A stretch of 64,000 bases of DNA from a virus (taxonomy: Duplodnaviria > Caudoviricetes): positions 1 to 64,000 of IMG/VR virus record IMGVR_UViG_3300021399_000099. One strand, 5' to 3'. The notes under the pieces are model-generated. The model was not told the DNA's origin. It was given only the letters and a program-made list of their open reading frames with translations, and did no database searches. The first letter of the stretch is position 1; every line of letters starts with the position of its first letter. The position numbers were made by a program, and so were the translations under genes. Shown here piece by piece: positions 1 through 10,222 of this stretch.

Positions 1-1226
1 AGTTGTCTTTTGTTGGAAGTTTCTTTCGCTTTCTCTAGGTCACCCCTTGCAACTCCACTGAACCTATCCACAAGCGTTTGTAAATGCTCACCATTAAGGT
101 TCCAGTCGTACTCATTCACATGGGCATCAGATGCGACATATTTGAGAACTTTATTTAATTGGAAAATAGAGTTTCCGTCATTCAGTTCTCCGTCAAAATA
201 AAGTCTTGTCACCCCAAGAAGAAACTTGCATTGTTGAAGTCTTGAGTTCGGAACATCATTTCTAATGGCATTGAGCATTTCCTGCCTTTTTTCTGGCGGA
301 TATCCTTTTGCTTCAAGGTACCTGCGAGCCTTCTTTATGTTTGTTCCCTCGTTTTCCAACAAAACTTTCATCTGCTTCATCTGTTCCTCAGTTATATACA
401 ATGTTTTTTTCTTTTTACCCGTATCTGATTCACGAAGAGAGCCATAACTTTGCTCCAGCTCCATGCCGTCCCCGGTCCAATCCGCATCAAAAACCCCCTT
501 TGTGGTATAAATTCTGTATTTGAAACTACCATCAAAGCTTTCATATGGCTCACATTTTGAAGCCATCGGGAGAAATGTCTCAGCCATACCATTATTAAAC
601 CATCTCACAGGCATAATGACTGGGTTTCTTGGATTTTTGGTCCAGAGGTCGACCATAACCTCTCCAATATTAAAATATTCATCGGTATCTTTCTGTATTG
701 ATTGTAAGGCCTCTATACAATTATTATAGATATGTTTTACGCTGTCACTGTACGAATAAAAACTAATAACCTTTACGTCTTCTTTAGACCAAAATCTCCC
801 GGTTCTTTTTTCATCAACTTTTAATTCGGAAGGTTTTCCATATTCATCAGGTGTAATTATCCCGTCACTATAAAGTGAGAATTGAAAATTGCCATGAAGC
901 CCACCTTGCGGTCCAACAAAAATAGGCCCGGAGGAACCGTCTTTCCGAAACAAACTAATAAACGGAACAGCATCCTCGTCATAGCATTCAAGGTAGTAGT
1001 CACTGAACTTAACACAATCAGTGCTTTCATTAACGTGATAATACCCACCGCCGACAGGGGCATCTTCCTCACGTCCAATTACATACTCCTCGTCTTCTGG
1101 TTCTGCAGCTTCCATCATTCCACCATAACAAACCCCGTCCATAACACCGGCATTCACCCTGTTATGGACCTGAGCCATTGCTGAAGGCCTTTTAGTTTTC
1201 TTACGTCTTTTCTTTTCGTCAATCAT
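1..1226 (-). CDS. Hypothetical protein, over 400 aa, runs off the window edge
   Basis: Translated manually from ATG 1226 (MIDEKKRRKKTKRPSAM...) with no stop before base 1. Absent from the ORF track. Contains the internal motif KKKTLYITEEQMKQMKVLLENE. Confidence 0.85.
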   Translation of the reverse strand, partial: MIDEKKRRKKTKRPSAMAQVHNRVNAGVMDGVCYGGMMEAAEPEDEEYVIGREEDAPVGGGYYHVNESTDCVKFSDYYLECYDEDAVPFISLFRKDGSSGPIFVGPQGGLHGNFQFSLYSDGIITPDEYGKPSELKVDEKRTGRFWSKEDVKVISFYSYSDSVKHIYNNCIEALQSIQKDTDEYFNIGEVMVDLWTKNPRNPVIMPVRWFNNGMAETFLPMASKCEPYESFDGSFKYRIYTTKGVFDADWTGDGMELEQSYGSLRESDTGKKKKTLYITEEQMKQMKVLLENEGTNIKKARRYLEAKGYPPEKRQEMLNAIRNDVPNSRLQQCKFLLGVTRLYFDGELNDGNSIFQLNKVLKYVASDAHVNEYDWNLNGEHLQTLVDRFSGVARGDLEKAKETSNKRQ

Positions 1227-1228
1227 TT

Positions 1229-1486
1229 TTATTCTCCACGAAGAACTCTCGGGTCAAACGACTTGAAATCATTTCCGACAGCTCCGAGTTTCTCAACAAC
1301 AATATTTGCCGTTGAAGGCTCCATTTCGTCCTGAACTGGTTTTTTCTCGACATTATTTACCTCAGCCGCATTTGCTACATAATTGAAATTAACAAAATCA
1401 ACGCCGGTCTTCTTAACATTCTTTTGTGCTGCGAGAGGAGTAGGTATAAACTGCCTCTGCTCTTTTGTGTGTTTAACAAATTTCAT
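1229..1486 (-). CDS. Hypothetical protein
   Basis: Track ORF trimmed to ATG 1486 (MKFVKHTK), downstream of a TATTTAT motif at 1508-1514. Confidence 0.75.
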   Translation of the reverse strand: MKFVKHTKEQRQFIPTPLAAQKNVKKTGVDFVNFNYVANAAEVNNVEKKPVQDEMEPSTANIVVEKLGAVGNDFKSFDPRVLRGE

Positions 1487-1573
1487 ATTTATTATCCTTT
1501 TGTAATGATAAATAGTCAATACAAAACAAAAAGGACCAGCTTTCGCCGGTCCTCAATGTAGTTATGAATAAAA

Positions 1574-3082
1574 TTAAGCAGATTTCTTTACTGTATAGAC
1601 ATCATGTACAACGCCATCGATTTCTTCGGTTGTATGTACGCTTTCATAACCATCAGGTACGAAACTTGTGCCTTCGCCCTCAGCGGTATTGTTGGCTGGG
1701 TCGAAATCATAGAATTTACCACCCATTACAACAATATTTGCCTTTCCGCTTCTGTAGTTTGCATCATAGCAGTTGAGTAGGAATTTCTTATCCGCACCCT
1801 CATTCTTAAAAATGCCGGCATAGATATTGATGGTTCCAAGGTAGCAATAGATAAGCTCACCACCGCTCCTGTCTGTTACATAGGTAGGTTCCGCGCCAAA
1901 GAAACCGGTTGAACCACTGAGATTGATTACGCTGTTCGTTCCGTTTGCCTCAATAGCAATACGACCATTAGCATCGAATGTACCTTTTCCAATGACTGTA
2001 AGCTGCTCAGAGCCCCTTGTCATGATACCAGGGTTATTTACGGTTGTTCCGGTGAATGTCAATGTCTTGCCATTAAGGTGCAGTGTTGTGACATTCTTTG
2101 AAGTTATACCGCCAGTGTATGTAGCACTTTGAGTGTCTTCAGAAAGTTTTACGGTACCGCTCTTCTTTAATACGTCGGTGAGTTTTCCATCACTAGGTAC
2201 TAAGTACTCGACGTCGCCACCCATATCACCAACAATGTCCTTAAGTTTCTTATAGTCTGCGGTAACGGCGCTGATTTTTTCGTTCTGTACGGCATTAACC
2301 TCTGCAAGACCAGCAAGTTTGGTACCAACGGATTCAAACTCGTAAGAAGTATTCTCTGATAAATCTTCCACTGAACCGGAAAGGGTTTCAACCTCGCTTT
2401 GAACATTTTCAACGGCGCCGGAAAGGCTCTCGATGTCACTTTCTATACCAGAGAGGTCCTGATGCTCAGTGATGAACTTAGCGTCAGCCTCGCTCTTTGT
2501 ATAGACATTCTCCTGTACTGCGAGTGGAGCGATAGCAGCCTCGAGTGCCTCATTCTTTACATAATCTGAAAGGTCTATTTCGCTTCCGAGCTTCTCCCAA
2601 TCACCATCAACATAAACGAATTCGCTGCAGGTGTCTTTTCCTTCATCCTTAACGAGATAGATGATATCCGGCTCACCTTCTTCTGGAAGTTTTTCGACAA
2701 GCTTCGTTTCAAAGGCCGGAAGGTTGTCAATTCTTCTATTTATAGCTGCGATTTCGGCTTCCCTTAATCTGGCCTCGTCAATGATTGCTGCTGCGTTTTC
2801 CTCGATTGCTGCGGCATTTTCTGCTATGGCTGCTGCATTTTTCTCTATTGCAACAGAATTACCACTTATTGCTACTGCGTTTTCCTCGATTGCTACGGAA
2901 TTATTGGCAATAGCCGCAGAGTTTTCTTCTATAGCTGCAGAATTGTCAGCAACGTTCTTCGAAAGGTCTCCGAGCTCGCCCTGAATTTCTTCGATGTCTT
3001 CTTCTACTTGTTCGTATTTTGCCCCGATAACGGCTACGCGAGGGACAAAACCGACGTTTGTGTTGTACTCAAAATCAAACAT
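1574..3082 (-). CDS. Putative tail fibre / virion protein with heptad coiled-coil repeats
   Basis: Seven-residue repeats (NSAAIEE/NAAAIAE), a VEKLPEEGEPDIIYLV...FVYVDGDWEKLG fibre-type motif and a beta-rich C-terminus. Confidence 0.65.
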   Translation of the reverse strand: MFDFEYNTNVGFVPRVAVIGAKYEQVEEDIEEIQGELGDLSKNVADNSAAIEENSAAIANNSVAIEENAVAISGNSVAIEKNAAAIAENAAAIEENAAAIIDEARLREAEIAAINRRIDNLPAFETKLVEKLPEEGEPDIIYLVKDEGKDTCSEFVYVDGDWEKLGSEIDLSDYVKNEALEAAIAPLAVQENVYTKSEADAKFITEHQDLSGIESDIESLSGAVENVQSEVETLSGSVEDLSENTSYEFESVGTKLAGLAEVNAVQNEKISAVTADYKKLKDIVGDMGGDVEYLVPSDGKLTDVLKKSGTVKLSEDTQSATYTGGITSKNVTTLHLNGKTLTFTGTTVNNPGIMTRGSEQLTVIGKGTFDANGRIAIEANGTNSVINLSGSTGFFGAEPTYVTDRSGGELIYCYLGTINIYAGIFKNEGADKKFLLNCYDANYRSGKANIVVMGGKFYDFDPANNTAEGEGTSFVPDGYESVHTTEEIDGVVHDVYTVKKSA

Positions 3083-3173
3083 ACTTTTTCTATTAGTAAT
3101 CTATATTATTTTTTAAATAAATAGTTTTTACTAATAGAAAAACCGGAGGAATTTCTTCCACCGGTAAAACTTT

Positions 3174-3965
3174 TTAATATTTATATTCCTCGACTTTCCC
3201 AGTTCCCGTGTCAAGGACGAATGGCCGTCTGCAATCAAGGTCCATAACCCACTCGCCTATGACCGGCTCATTCCTAAGTTGTGTATGACCACAGATAAAT
3301 ACAACATTCTCATAATCATTTTTCAATTCGCCAGCTACCTTGGAAACATATTCCTTGATATCAGCCCACACAATCGAACCGTCAGGCCATCCGCTCCATC
3401 CTCTGTAAGTTGAATAGATACCAATTGCGGTTTCAAAATCATGGGTTGATTGCTTATCAAAATTGCGACGGTCATCATAAGCGGAATGAAACAACTCATT
3501 GAAACGTTCAGCGTCAGGCAAGTTGTCGCCATCCCACTTAATCAATCTATCCTTAACCCATTTGTCGAACCATCCCTTTCTTACACCAGCATGCGAGAAG
3601 AAGTATCGTTTATCATCAATTTTAACTTCCCAAGCAAGGTCAAAGAGTTTAATGTTATCAAAAAACATTCCGTTTATCAAGCCCCAGTTAGTCCAGTCGG
3701 TACGGCATTCACAGATATTGCTGTTAATGTAACTAAAATCATGGTTTCCCATCAACAAGACAACTTTATCGGGGTTTTTCTTTTTGAAATCCAGGACCTC
3801 ATTAAAAACATCTATCGCCTTCTTGTTCGTAATTTCCTCATGCGGATACGGGGATAGATAATCGCCAAGAAATACAATCTTTTCAAATTCGTCTGCGTGG
3901 TCAAGGCATGGCGTCTTCCAAAACTGACGGCCATGACAGTCCGGAATAATACATATCTTTCCCAT
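3174..3965 (-). CDS. Calcineurin-like metallophosphoesterase
   Basis: Motifs DCHG, GDY, GNHD, SHAG and GHT in the canonical order. Confidence 0.9.
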   Translation of the reverse strand: MGKICIIPDCHGRQFWKTPCLDHADEFEKIVFLGDYLSPYPHEEITNKKAIDVFNEVLDFKKKNPDKVVLLMGNHDFSYINSNICECRTDWTNWGLINGMFFDNIKLFDLAWEVKIDDKRYFFSHAGVRKGWFDKWVKDRLIKWDGDNLPDAERFNELFHSAYDDRRNFDKQSTHDFETAIGIYSTYRGWSGWPDGSIVWADIKEYVSKVAGELKNDYENVVFICGHTQLRNEPVIGEWVMDLDCRRPFVLDTGTGKVEEYKY

Positions 3966-3970
3966 ATTCA

Positions 3971-4243
3971 TCACTTTTTTATATTTCGAATTTCCCAAGC
4001 CAACTCGTCCGCCCTCCTTTCAGCCTTTTCAAGGGCGTCATGGAAACCCTCATCATATGCTGAATTATAGATTTCATCGCTCCAATCAGTGGCGCTTTTG
4101 CCGGTAACGCGTTTAAAAACCTCATACATTGCAGAAACTATCCTTTTATCCGTGCAATCAATACCGTACTCAAGACAGATATCTTGTATTTCCGGCACGC
4201 GAATAAAAACCAAACTAGGTTTTTCGAAACTAAAATTATTCAT
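3971..4243 (-). CDS. Hypothetical protein
   Basis: 90-aa ORF tightly packed in the same operon. Confidence 0.8.
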   Translation of the reverse strand: MNNFSFEKPSLVFIRVPEIQDICLEYGIDCTDKRIVSAMYEVFKRVTGKSATDWSDEIYNSAYDEGFHDALEKAERRADELAWEIRNIKK

Positions 4244-4253
4244 ACTTAATCAT

Positions 4254-4976
4254 TTAAACTAACATGTGTCTTCTTAAAATATTTTCGCCAGTTCCACTTA
4301 TTTTCGTGTTATCCCTGACAAATGCTATATCATCAACGGAGGCTTCTGTCATTGCTGCATCCCGTTCTCTGTCACTTTCAAATCCACCGACAGTGTTTTT
4401 AATTTCTGGGTGTATGTTTCTCGGGGCTTCCAACATATGATAAACGGTAATTCTGTCTGGCTTAACCCCAAGTACATCAACAAGGTAGTTCTGGGCCATA
4501 ATATCAACCCCATAATAATCGCCAACGACGAACCTGCAGTCCGGCACTTCATTAACAATGCTTTCGAGGGCCGGTTTATAATTCCTTTCAAACTCGTCCT
4601 CGGTGATGTTTCTGTGACCGGAGATAAAATAAGTGACCATCTTGGTGTTTTCCCTGTCCATAAACTCCTGGTATCCCCGTTCGATGTATTCCTGTGATAT
4701 TGGAGTTATTTTTTCATATTCATAACCCCTCTTCTTAACTACGTCGTTGAAAGTTTTCCCATTTGAACCGTTAAGCCCTCCGGAAACCATAAATACATAA
4801 TCGCCGAGGGACACATTCTTATATCTATAGGTAGAGCCATTGTTAAAAACAACGGTAAGGTCACCATAATTTTCGTTTGGGTCTTCCACCATTTCGGTAT
4901 ATTTTATCATTGAAGAATTGTGCCACACCTTCTCGGTAAGTGTTTTCTTGTCATAATATTTTCCTGCGTATCCCAT
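4254..4976 (-). CDS. KTSC-domain plus SLOG/YspA-like domain protein
   Basis: N-terminal SSMIK...LTVVFNNGSTYRYKNV...SNGKTFN is KTSC-like. C-terminal FISGHRN...VVGDYYGVDIMAQ...RDAAM is SLOG-like. Confidence 0.7.
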   Translation of the reverse strand: MGYAGKYYDKKTLTEKVWHNSSMIKYTEMVEDPNENYGDLTVVFNNGSTYRYKNVSLGDYVFMVSGGLNGSNGKTFNDVVKKRGYEYEKITPISQEYIERGYQEFMDRENTKMVTYFISGHRNITEDEFERNYKPALESIVNEVPDCRFVVGDYYGVDIMAQNYLVDVLGVKPDRITVYHMLEAPRNIHPEIKNTVGGFESDRERDAAMTEASVDDIAFVRDNTKISGTGENILRRHMLV

Positions 4977-5050
4977 AACTTAATTCTTTATACAAAAATA
5001 TAATACAAAAAAATATTTATATATCAAAACGCCCACGAACGAAGAACGAG

Positions 5051-5079
5051 TTGTTTTTTGGGGAAAAAGGGTGTATTAT
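5051..5079 (+). promoter_or_regulatory. Sigma70-like promoter TTGTTT-N17-TATTAT
   Basis: The same architecture recurs at 10178, 54118, 54843 and 56048. Confidence 0.55.
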
Positions 5080-5105
5080 TGTTGTAGAAACATTTTAAAC
5101 AAATA

Positions 5106-7742
5106 ATGACACAGAACGAAAATTACACAAACGAGCTGAACAGGCTTCTTAATTTTATGGAAAATACTCTTGGCAGGGAAATGCCCACTCCGGTGCTGAC
5201 CCTTGAGTATTTTATTCTTGCCATTCTGGACCAGAAAGATTCAACAGTTTATAAAATTATTGACGACTGCTGTTCGAATATGGCAAAAAACCGCATCTAT
5301 ACAACCTACCGCCAAATACTGCAGGGAAGGGCTCTCAGTGCGATTAAACCGAACCGAGAGATTAAATATGATGCAAAACTCACGGAAACAATAGCCGCTT
5401 CGAACACTGAAAGGGAAATGCTCGGTGCTGAAAAACTTGGTAGCGAGCATATCTTACTTCATATCCTTGCTGATGATTCCAAGGATAACAGCATTAGAAA
5501 AGTGTTTAACGGTGCCGGTTTATCATATTCAATCCTTCTTGAGAAAATCAGCTCCAATGCAAAATTGGTGAGTCAGTTAGAAAATTCAAAGAAACCCCAA
5601 AATCCCAAGCCGAACTCCATTATGGGTATGGACATTGGAGCGGAAGGCGGTGATTCAACAGTAAAAATTATCAATACCCCTGGCGGTCCGGTAATTCTTA
5701 AATCGGGCATTTTTACCGGTAATCCAGCGGATGCACAGCAGGAGTTCTTGAAAATGTTGGGTCTTGAGGATAATCCAGCCCTAAACACCCAGAAACCCGG
5801 GAAAAAGGATAAGCAGAAGACCCAGTTCATTGACCAATACTGCACGAATCTTAACCGTCTTGCAGAAAATAGACAAATTGACAAGCTCGTCGGGCGTGAA
5901 AATGAAATCAACAATATCATAAGGACACTTGGCAGGAGGAAAAAGAACAACATCATCATCGTAGGTGGCGCCGGGGTTGGAAAAACCTGTCTTGCCGAAG
6001 GCCTTGCTTATAAGATTGTCGAGGGCACTGTACCAAAGTTCCTTAAAAACAAAAAGCTGATTTCGCTTGATATGACGGCACTTATGGCTGGTACAACCCT
6101 TCGCGGTATGTTCGAAGAGCGTGTCAAGGGTCTGCTGGACGAAATAAAGGCCTCCGGCGAATATATTCTCTTTATTGACAATATCGGCAACGTTCTCGGC
6201 AACAAGACCAAGAACGACTATGATATCGCCTCAATGCTTTCTCACTCACTTGATAATGGTGAGGTCCAGGTAATAGGCACGGCAGACTTCTCATCGTTTA
6301 GGAGTACTTTCGATAAGGATGCCAGCTTGCTTCGCAGATTCCAGAAGCTCATCATTGAGGCCCCGACAAAGGAAGGTTCAAAGGACATACTGAACGGGAT
6401 ACAGCAAAACTACGCCGATTACCATAAGGTGGTCTATACTCCGGAGGCAATCAATGCGTGTGTTGAATTGGCAGATAAGTACATTACCGAAAGGAACCTG
6501 CCAGACTCAGCAATAGACGTGATGGACGAGGCTGGTGCGGTTGTCGGTACCCAGAACGATACTGAATCACCGGAAATCATCTCACTTAGGGAAAAGATTT
6601 ACGATTATAACGCGAAGATTGAAAAACTTAAGAAAGAGGATAAATATGACGAGGCTGACGCACTTGAGAAGGAGCAGAAGCACACGGCAAATACGCTTGC
6701 AGAGTTTGTAAAACGTGAGGAGGAATACAAGAAAGAACATAGACCAGTTGTAGGCATAGAAGTTATTTACGACATAATTGCCAGCAAGACCGGTATTCCA
6801 CTGAGCAGGCTTTCCTCCGACGACAAGAAAAAGCTGACCAATATCGATGACAGACTTAAGCAGAATGTAATCGGGCAGGATGAGGCGATTGAAGTCATAT
6901 GCCGAGCATTAAAACGCAACAGAGTGGGGTTCAAAAAGAACGGATGCCAATTCTCTGGTCTTATGATTGGAAAAACAGGCGTAGGTAAAACACTCATAGC
7001 AAAGCAATTAGCAAAGGAGATGTTTGGAGACGAGGGTGCCTTAATCCGTTTCGATATGAGCGAATACCCCGACAAGACTGCGGTCAATAAGCTCATAGGC
7101 TCAAATCCCGGCTATGTTGGATATGAAGAGGGCGGACAGCTTACCGAGGCGGTTAAGAACAGGAAATATTGCGTACTTTTGCTTGATGAAATAGAAAAAG
7201 CTGACCCGGAAGTGTATAACATATTCCTTCAGGTGCTTGACGAGGGTTTCCTTACGGATAACTCGGGGCAGAAAGTCGATTTTAAGAATGTTATTGTTCT
7301 TTTCACCTCAAATGTCGGTGCTAAAGCCGCCAGCGATTTCGGGAAGGGTATAGGATTCAATGAGAACGAAGAAGAAAACCAGAAGAGGATATTGCTCAAA
7401 CAGCTTAAGAACAAGTTCCCTCCGGAATTCCTTAACAGACTTGACAATGTGATTTATTTCAACTCACTGAATGATGACGACCTGCGCAAGATTATCCGCC
7501 TTGAAATAAGCAAACTCCAGAAAAGAATGCTCGAAATAGGATATACGATGGTCTATGACGAGGGAACCGTTGATTATATCCTCGACATAGTGAAGGAAGA
7601 AAAGGAATACGGTGCAAGACCCATCGTCAGGGCAATCCAGGACGAGATTGAAGACAAGATTACCGACCTCCTCCTTGAAAACGAATATGATGAACATAAT
7701 TTCACTGTGACCGCCCAAGCCCACTCTTTGAATGTTTCTTAA
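5106..7742 (+). CDS. clpC: ClpC-type Clp/Hsp100 ATPase
   Basis: Clp N-domain; NBD1 Walker A GGAGVGKT; short M-domain; NBD2 with GKTGVGKT, GYVG and LLLDEIEKA; IGF loop; GARP motif. Confidence 0.92.
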   Translation: MTQNENYTNELNRLLNFMENTLGREMPTPVLTLEYFILAILDQKDSTVYKIIDDCCSNMAKNRIYTTYRQILQGRALSAIKPNREIKYDAKLTETIAASNTEREMLGAEKLGSEHILLHILADDSKDNSIRKVFNGAGLSYSILLEKISSNAKLVSQLENSKKPQNPKPNSIMGMDIGAEGGDSTVKIINTPGGPVILKSGIFTGNPADAQQEFLKMLGLEDNPALNTQKPGKKDKQKTQFIDQYCTNLNRLAENRQIDKLVGRENEINNIIRTLGRRKKNNIIIVGGAGVGKTCLAEGLAYKIVEGTVPKFLKNKKLISLDMTALMAGTTLRGMFEERVKGLLDEIKASGEYILFIDNIGNVLGNKTKNDYDIASMLSHSLDNGEVQVIGTADFSSFRSTFDKDASLLRRFQKLIIEAPTKEGSKDILNGIQQNYADYHKVVYTPEAINACVELADKYITERNLPDSAIDVMDEAGAVVGTQNDTESPEIISLREKIYDYNAKIEKLKKEDKYDEADALEKEQKHTANTLAEFVKREEEYKKEHRPVVGIEVIYDIIASKTGIPLSRLSSDDKKKLTNIDDRLKQNVIGQDEAIEVICRALKRNRVGFKKNGCQFSGLMIGKTGVGKTLIAKQLAKEMFGDEGALIRFDMSEYPDKTAVNKLIGSNPGYVGYEEGGQLTEAVKNRKYCVLLLDEIEKADPEVYNIFLQVLDEGFLTDNSGQKVDFKNVIVLFTSNVGAKAASDFGKGIGFNENEEENQKRILLKQLKNKFPPEFLNRLDNVIYFNSLNDDDLRKIIRLEISKLQKRMLEIGYTMVYDEGTVDYILDIVKEEKEYGARPIVRAIQDEIEDKITDLLLENEYDEHNFTVTAQAHSLNVS

Positions 7743-7758
7743 TGCTTGCGGCAAAAAG

Positions 7759-7792
7759 AAATCCCCCGGTTGTTTTTCAATTGGGGGATTTT
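7759..7792 (+). terminator. Intrinsic terminator after clpC
   Basis: Hairpin AAATCCCCCGG...TTGGGGGATTTT. Confidence 0.7.
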
Positions 7793-7833
7793 ACTTTATA
7801 TGAAACTATTTATCTCTATAAGATATCTGTATA

Positions 7834-8241
7834 ATGAAAAGAATTATTATTACGGAAGAACAGGCCCATGCACTGAGTAATGCGATAGACCAGAATGAGC
7901 AAAATAAGCTGCCGGAAAAGGCGGGACCATATATAGTCAATCCAGAAAATGTCTTGTTGGTTAAAAAATATCTCGACAGCAACTTTAAAAAGGGGCAGAT
8001 TGAAAACATTGGTCCGGATGGTTTTCCGGCAAAGGTAAGGATTGCGGGAATGATGACATCAAGTGGAGATATCCTTCAAAACCTCAGCGAAATGCAACTC
8101 GAAGACCTTTTGATAGAAAAGTTCAAAAACATGTTTATTGACAAAGTTGAACGCCAGAAGTTTTTGCACCAAGTACTCAATGATTGGTTTAATGATAAGA
8201 TAGGAATGTTTGGAAACCTGTCAGTTAATATATTGAAATAA
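7834..8241 (+). CDS. Hypothetical protein with shared N-terminal motif
   Basis: Starts MKRIIITEEQ; TATTTAT at 7807. Confidence 0.85.
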   Translation: MKRIIITEEQAHALSNAIDQNEQNKLPEKAGPYIVNPENVLLVKKYLDSNFKKGQIENIGPDGFPAKVRIAGMMTSSGDILQNLSEMQLEDLLIEKFKNMFIDKVERQKFLHQVLNDWFNDKIGMFGNLSVNILK

Positions 8242-8242
8242 G

Positions 8243-9166
8243 ATGAAAGTAATATTGAACGAAAATCAGTTTAACAAGCTTTACGAAGAACTGTCCAAGG
8301 AGGAGATTGACCAGAAGGCAAACGAGGCTAACTTAGACCCCAGTGATGCACAAAAAGAGGCGGGAAATTACAAAATGGGGCACCTGAGAGTAAGGGGTTT
8401 CGACATTTCAATAGAAAATCCGGTCGGCAGCCGAAGATATTACGGAAAAGACAAGAAGAAATATAACGTGATGCAGAACCATTACGGTTATTTCACAAAA
8501 TCGAAAGGAAAAGACGGTGACCAGGTTGATGTATTCCTCGGACCGGACATTGAAAAGTTTGAAAAGGTATATGTCATTGACCAGAAAATCAACGGTAAAT
8601 TCGACGAGAGTAAGGTAATGTTCGGCTTCTCCTCGAAAAAGGAAGCAAAGGCTGCATATTTCGCTAATTTCGACAAGAACTGGCACGGATTTATGCATAT
8701 AACCGGAGTATCGCTGGCAACTTTCAAGAAATGGCTTTATCGCGGAAGGAAACAGAGGCAACCATTCGCTGACTATGTTGAAATACAGAAGAAGAAGCTT
8801 AACGAAGAAAGGGAAAGGGAGCTTAATGACGTTATGGACGACCTCTCCTGGAAGCCGGTAAGAAATAAGGACGGAAAGGCAAATCTGCAAAACAAAACAA
8901 CCGGCGAATTCCTGTCTCCGGAATGGTTTAACTGGTGCGGGTACATGTATGACGGTATTTCTGTTGTAATGAACGATAAGGGAAAATACAACTATCTTCG
9001 AAATGACGGCACCCTTATTCTTGACGACTGGTATGACGACTGTGAGGAGTTCAAGGACGGAAAGGGACGTGTTGCACTCGATAAAGTTGATGGCGACGAA
9101 GTCCTTACATTGTACAACTACATAGACCGTGAGGGTAACTTCCTGGGAGACTGGGAGTTAGCATAA
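8243..9166 (+). CDS. InPase-like (polyvalent-protein inorganic pyrophosphatase) domain plus WG-like repeats
   Basis: AQKEAGNYKMGH...IENP.GS.R...HYGYF....GKDGDQVDVFLGP...FDESKVM.GF; C-terminal YNYLRNDG/YNYIDREG repeats. Confidence 0.75.
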   Translation: MKVILNENQFNKLYEELSKEEIDQKANEANLDPSDAQKEAGNYKMGHLRVRGFDISIENPVGSRRYYGKDKKKYNVMQNHYGYFTKSKGKDGDQVDVFLGPDIEKFEKVYVIDQKINGKFDESKVMFGFSSKKEAKAAYFANFDKNWHGFMHITGVSLATFKKWLYRGRKQRQPFADYVEIQKKKLNEERERELNDVMDDLSWKPVRNKDGKANLQNKTTGEFLSPEWFNWCGYMYDGISVVMNDKGKYNYLRNDGTLILDDWYDDCEEFKDGKGRVALDKVDGDEVLTLYNYIDREGNFLGDWELA

Positions 9167-9204
9167 ATGAAAATGGCGTGGATTATTTCCGCGCCATTAT
9201 TTTA

Positions 9205-9825
9205 TTACCATCTTTTCTTTTTGTCAGCTCCTGGGTCGACTTTTGAAAGGTCAATTTTCCCAAGAACTTTCAGCCCGCCGTTCTTTTCTCTATCTTCTCG
9301 TTCTTTATTATCTGCCTGCGTTTTAATTTTATTCGCAGTATCCGGTAAATAACCATGACCGAGGGCCTTAGCTATCTCATAAAGTTCATCTTTAATTTCA
9401 TATGGTGTCCCGTTTTTTGCCTGTAAAGAGTAATTGCAAAATTCTTCCATCATATCATAAGCGCCATCGAACCAATCTTCATCTGTAAGAATGACATCGG
9501 CACCCCCTCGTACGATTTCGATATAGTCACCGCCGAAAAATTCGTTCAATATCCTACACATCTGTCTTGCGGCTGATAAGGACCCAAGGTTACCAACAGG
9601 TTTTTCATTGGCAAAAAAAGTATCATTCCCTAATCTGTTGTAATATGGTTCGAGTTTGGCAATGACCTTATCTAAACTCGAATATTCGTCTTCCTTTTCC
9701 TTGTCATATTTACTTATTATATGAGGAAGGCTGTCAAATTCGCCCTCTCGTAATACCTTTTTCACACTCTCACTTATAATTCTTTTAAGTTGTGTCTCGT
9801 TAAGACGTATCGCATTCCTTTTCAT
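9205..9825 (-). CDS. Hypothetical protein with shared N-terminal motif
   Basis: Starts MKRNAIRLNETQLKRIISESVKKVLRE. Confidence 0.85.
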   Translation of the reverse strand: MKRNAIRLNETQLKRIISESVKKVLREGEFDSLPHIISKYDKEKEDEYSSLDKVIAKLEPYYNRLGNDTFFANEKPVGNLGSLSAARQMCRILNEFFGGDYIEIVRGGADVILTDEDWFDGAYDMMEEFCNYSLQAKNGTPYEIKDELYEIAKALGHGYLPDTANKIKTQADNKEREDREKNGGLKVLGKIDLSKVDPGADKKKRW

Positions 9826-9837
9826 AATACTTGTGAT

Positions 9838-10005
9838 TTAATTTTTCTTGTAGTTATCCATGAAAATCTTATCTTTCTGCTCTTTAGACAATGATTTCCA
9901 CCAATCATCGGAGTCGTAATTAAATTCACGCAGAACCTGTTTTACACTCTCATTTATAATTCTTTTAAGTTGTGTCTCGTTAAGGTGTATCGCATTCCTT
10001 TTCAT
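9838..10005 (-). CDS. 55-aa protein with duplicated N-terminus
   Basis: Manual translation MKRNAIHLNETQLKRIINESVKQVLREFNYDSDDWWKSLSKEQKDKIFMDNYKKN; TATTTAT at 10027-10033. Confidence 0.8.
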   Translation of the reverse strand: MKRNAIHLNETQLKRIINESVKQVLREFNYDSDDWWKSLSKEQKDKIFMDNYKKN

Positions 10006-10222
10006 AGTAATCGTTTTTCTTTATATATAAATATCTTAACTTTCATTAAAAAACGGGACCTTCAGCCAGGTCCCGTAAAACTTGTACCTATAGCACGGCG
10101 CCCTGTCTCTATAAATGATGCGCTCACCTACTATGGCAGTTTTATCAACACATAAGTATATTTCTTTATCAAAAAAGTTGTTTTCTGTAAAATAATTTTG
10201 TATATTTCTATTACCGCATTAA

